The notes beneath the pieces are model-generated. The model did no database searches. It saw nothing but the letters and a program-made list of their open reading frames with translations, and was not told where the DNA came from. A DNA stretch of 64,000 nt. Source: an uncultured Acidobacteriota bacterium. Lineage in GTDB: Bacteria > Acidobacteriota > Thermoanaerobaculia > UBA5066. Both the position numbers and the translations under genes were made by a program. The first letter of the stretch is position 1, and every line of letters starts with the position of its first letter. Location: NCBI GenBank assembly GCA_903845115.1, contig CAIMWE010000119.1, positions 828 to 64,827 on the forward strand. Reading direction: 5' to 3'. This document shows positions 63,280-64,000 of this stretch, piece by piece.

Positions 63280-64000
63280 CGGGGAGCTCCTCCGTCGCCA
63301 GCCGGCTCAGCGTCGAGCTCAGAACGGACGGGATCCGCTCCGGGTAGCGCTCCATGCGGGAGGGGGACGGAAGCCCGATCGACCGGAGGAACCGGGGTTC
63401 CCCCTTCACCGCGACGAGGGAGTCCGGGGAGCCGGCCGAGAGCGCCACGTCCACCACGCCCATCCCTTCCTCGGGCTGGATGGAGTGGACGCCGAGGGAC
63501 GCCATCTGCCGGCGGTACGCCTCCGTGGCCACGGCACCCACGCTCCCCCAGAAGCCCCAGCGGATCAGCTTGACCGGCAAGGAGAGCCGCTGGCCCAGGG
63601 CGTGGGCCCAGGCGTCCTCGAACGTCGACGCGGCGGCGTAGTTTCCCTGGCCGGGATTCCCCATGAGCGACTGGACCGAGGAGAAGAAGAGCAGGAAGTC
63701 GAGTGGCTCGCCCTCGAGCGCGAGGTGGAGGCCCATCGACCCGCTCACCTTCGGGGCGAGGACCTCCCGGAGCCCGTTCCCGTCCATTGCCGCCAGGCGG
63801 GTGTCTCGCAGGACCAGCGCCGAATGGACGGCCCCCTGGATCGGGCCGAACCGCTCTCTGCCGGCCTTCACCGCGCCGCGCAGGCCGCCCGGGCTGGCGA
63901 GGTCGGCCGGGACGTAGAGCGCCTTCCCCCCCGCCCGCTCGAGGGAGGTGATCGCCGAGAGGATCTCCGCGTCGGGCTCCCGGCGCCCCACGAGGACGAG
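63269..64000 (-). CDS. trans-AT PKS megasynthase C, C-terminal ketoreductase domain only (N-terminus beyond the right window edge)
   Basis: The frame stays open to nt 64000 (LVLVGRREPDAE...). HSALVLRD and GQGNYAAASTFEDAW are KR catalytic motifs. The stop at 63269 lies 11 nt inside the start of PKS B. Confidence 0.85.
   Translation of the reverse strand, partial: LVLVGRREPDAEILSAITSLERAGGKALYVPADLASPGGLRGAVKAGRERFGPIQGAVHSALVLRDTRLAAMDGNGLREVLAPKVSGSMGLHLALEGEPLDFLLFFSSVQSLMGNPGQGNYAAASTFEDAWAHALGQRLSLPVKLIRWGFWGSVGAVATEAYRRQMASLGVHSIQPEEGMGVVDVALSAGSPDSLVAVKGEPRFLRSIGLPSPSRMERYPERIPSVLSSTLSRLATEELPDGE

Noticed and set aside
1-64000. Search by eye for CRISPR arrays, tRNA or rRNA genes, IS elements, integrases, toxin-antitoxin systems or known defence-system genes
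   Set aside because: None was seen. There are no regularly spaced short repeats, no cloverleaf-like segments in the few intergenic regions, and no transposase- or recombinase-like ORFs. A tRNAscan, Infernal or ISfinder run would be needed to be certain.

Overview
Visibly GC-rich (about 70% by eye) bacterial chromosomal segment. I can support 34 protein-coding genes. I found no rRNA, tRNA, CRISPR array, transposase or integrase by reading. Most long ORFs in the six-frame track are Arg/Pro/Gly-rich off-frame or antisense artefacts of the high GC content. I selected real genes by protein-like composition and recognisable family motifs, and re-derived start codons from the nucleotides. Many starts are GTG or TTG, and many sit in 4-nt start/stop overlaps. 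LEFT PART (nt 1-24,245) holds mixed metabolism. It contains a large secreted metzincin/PKD/FGE-sulfatase fusion protein running off the left edge, an alpha/beta hydrolase, and an SDR / small protein / thiolase operon. It also has a TauE-type exporter, an APC-permease::solute-binding-domain fusion translationally coupled to L-serine dehydratase, and a Tat-exported MBL-fold hydrolase. There is also a tungsten/molybdopterin island: tupABC-moeA, a NifU-like plus GGGtGRT gene pair, an aldehyde:ferredoxin oxidoreductase - SCP2 - Fe-alcohol dehydrogenase - SCP2 operon, and a MoaD-like sulfur carrier. RIGHT PART (nt 24,272 to the right edge) is the main finding. It is one tightly packed minus-strand operon of at least 40 kb encoding a trans-AT polyketide synthase / NRPS assembly line. 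The cluster contains a 6241-aa NRPS-PKS with an N-terminal formyltransferase-like domain and a complete HMG-CoA-synthase beta-branching cassette. It also has a PfaD-type trans enoyl reductase, two discrete AT-like proteins, an Sfp-type PPTase and an embedded UbiB/ABC1 kinase. A TE-terminated PKS and the C-terminal KR of a further PKS complete it; that last gene continues beyond the window. All calls rest on motif recognition by eye, and no database search was run. Domain coordinates inside the megasynthases are approximate (about +/-100 nt).
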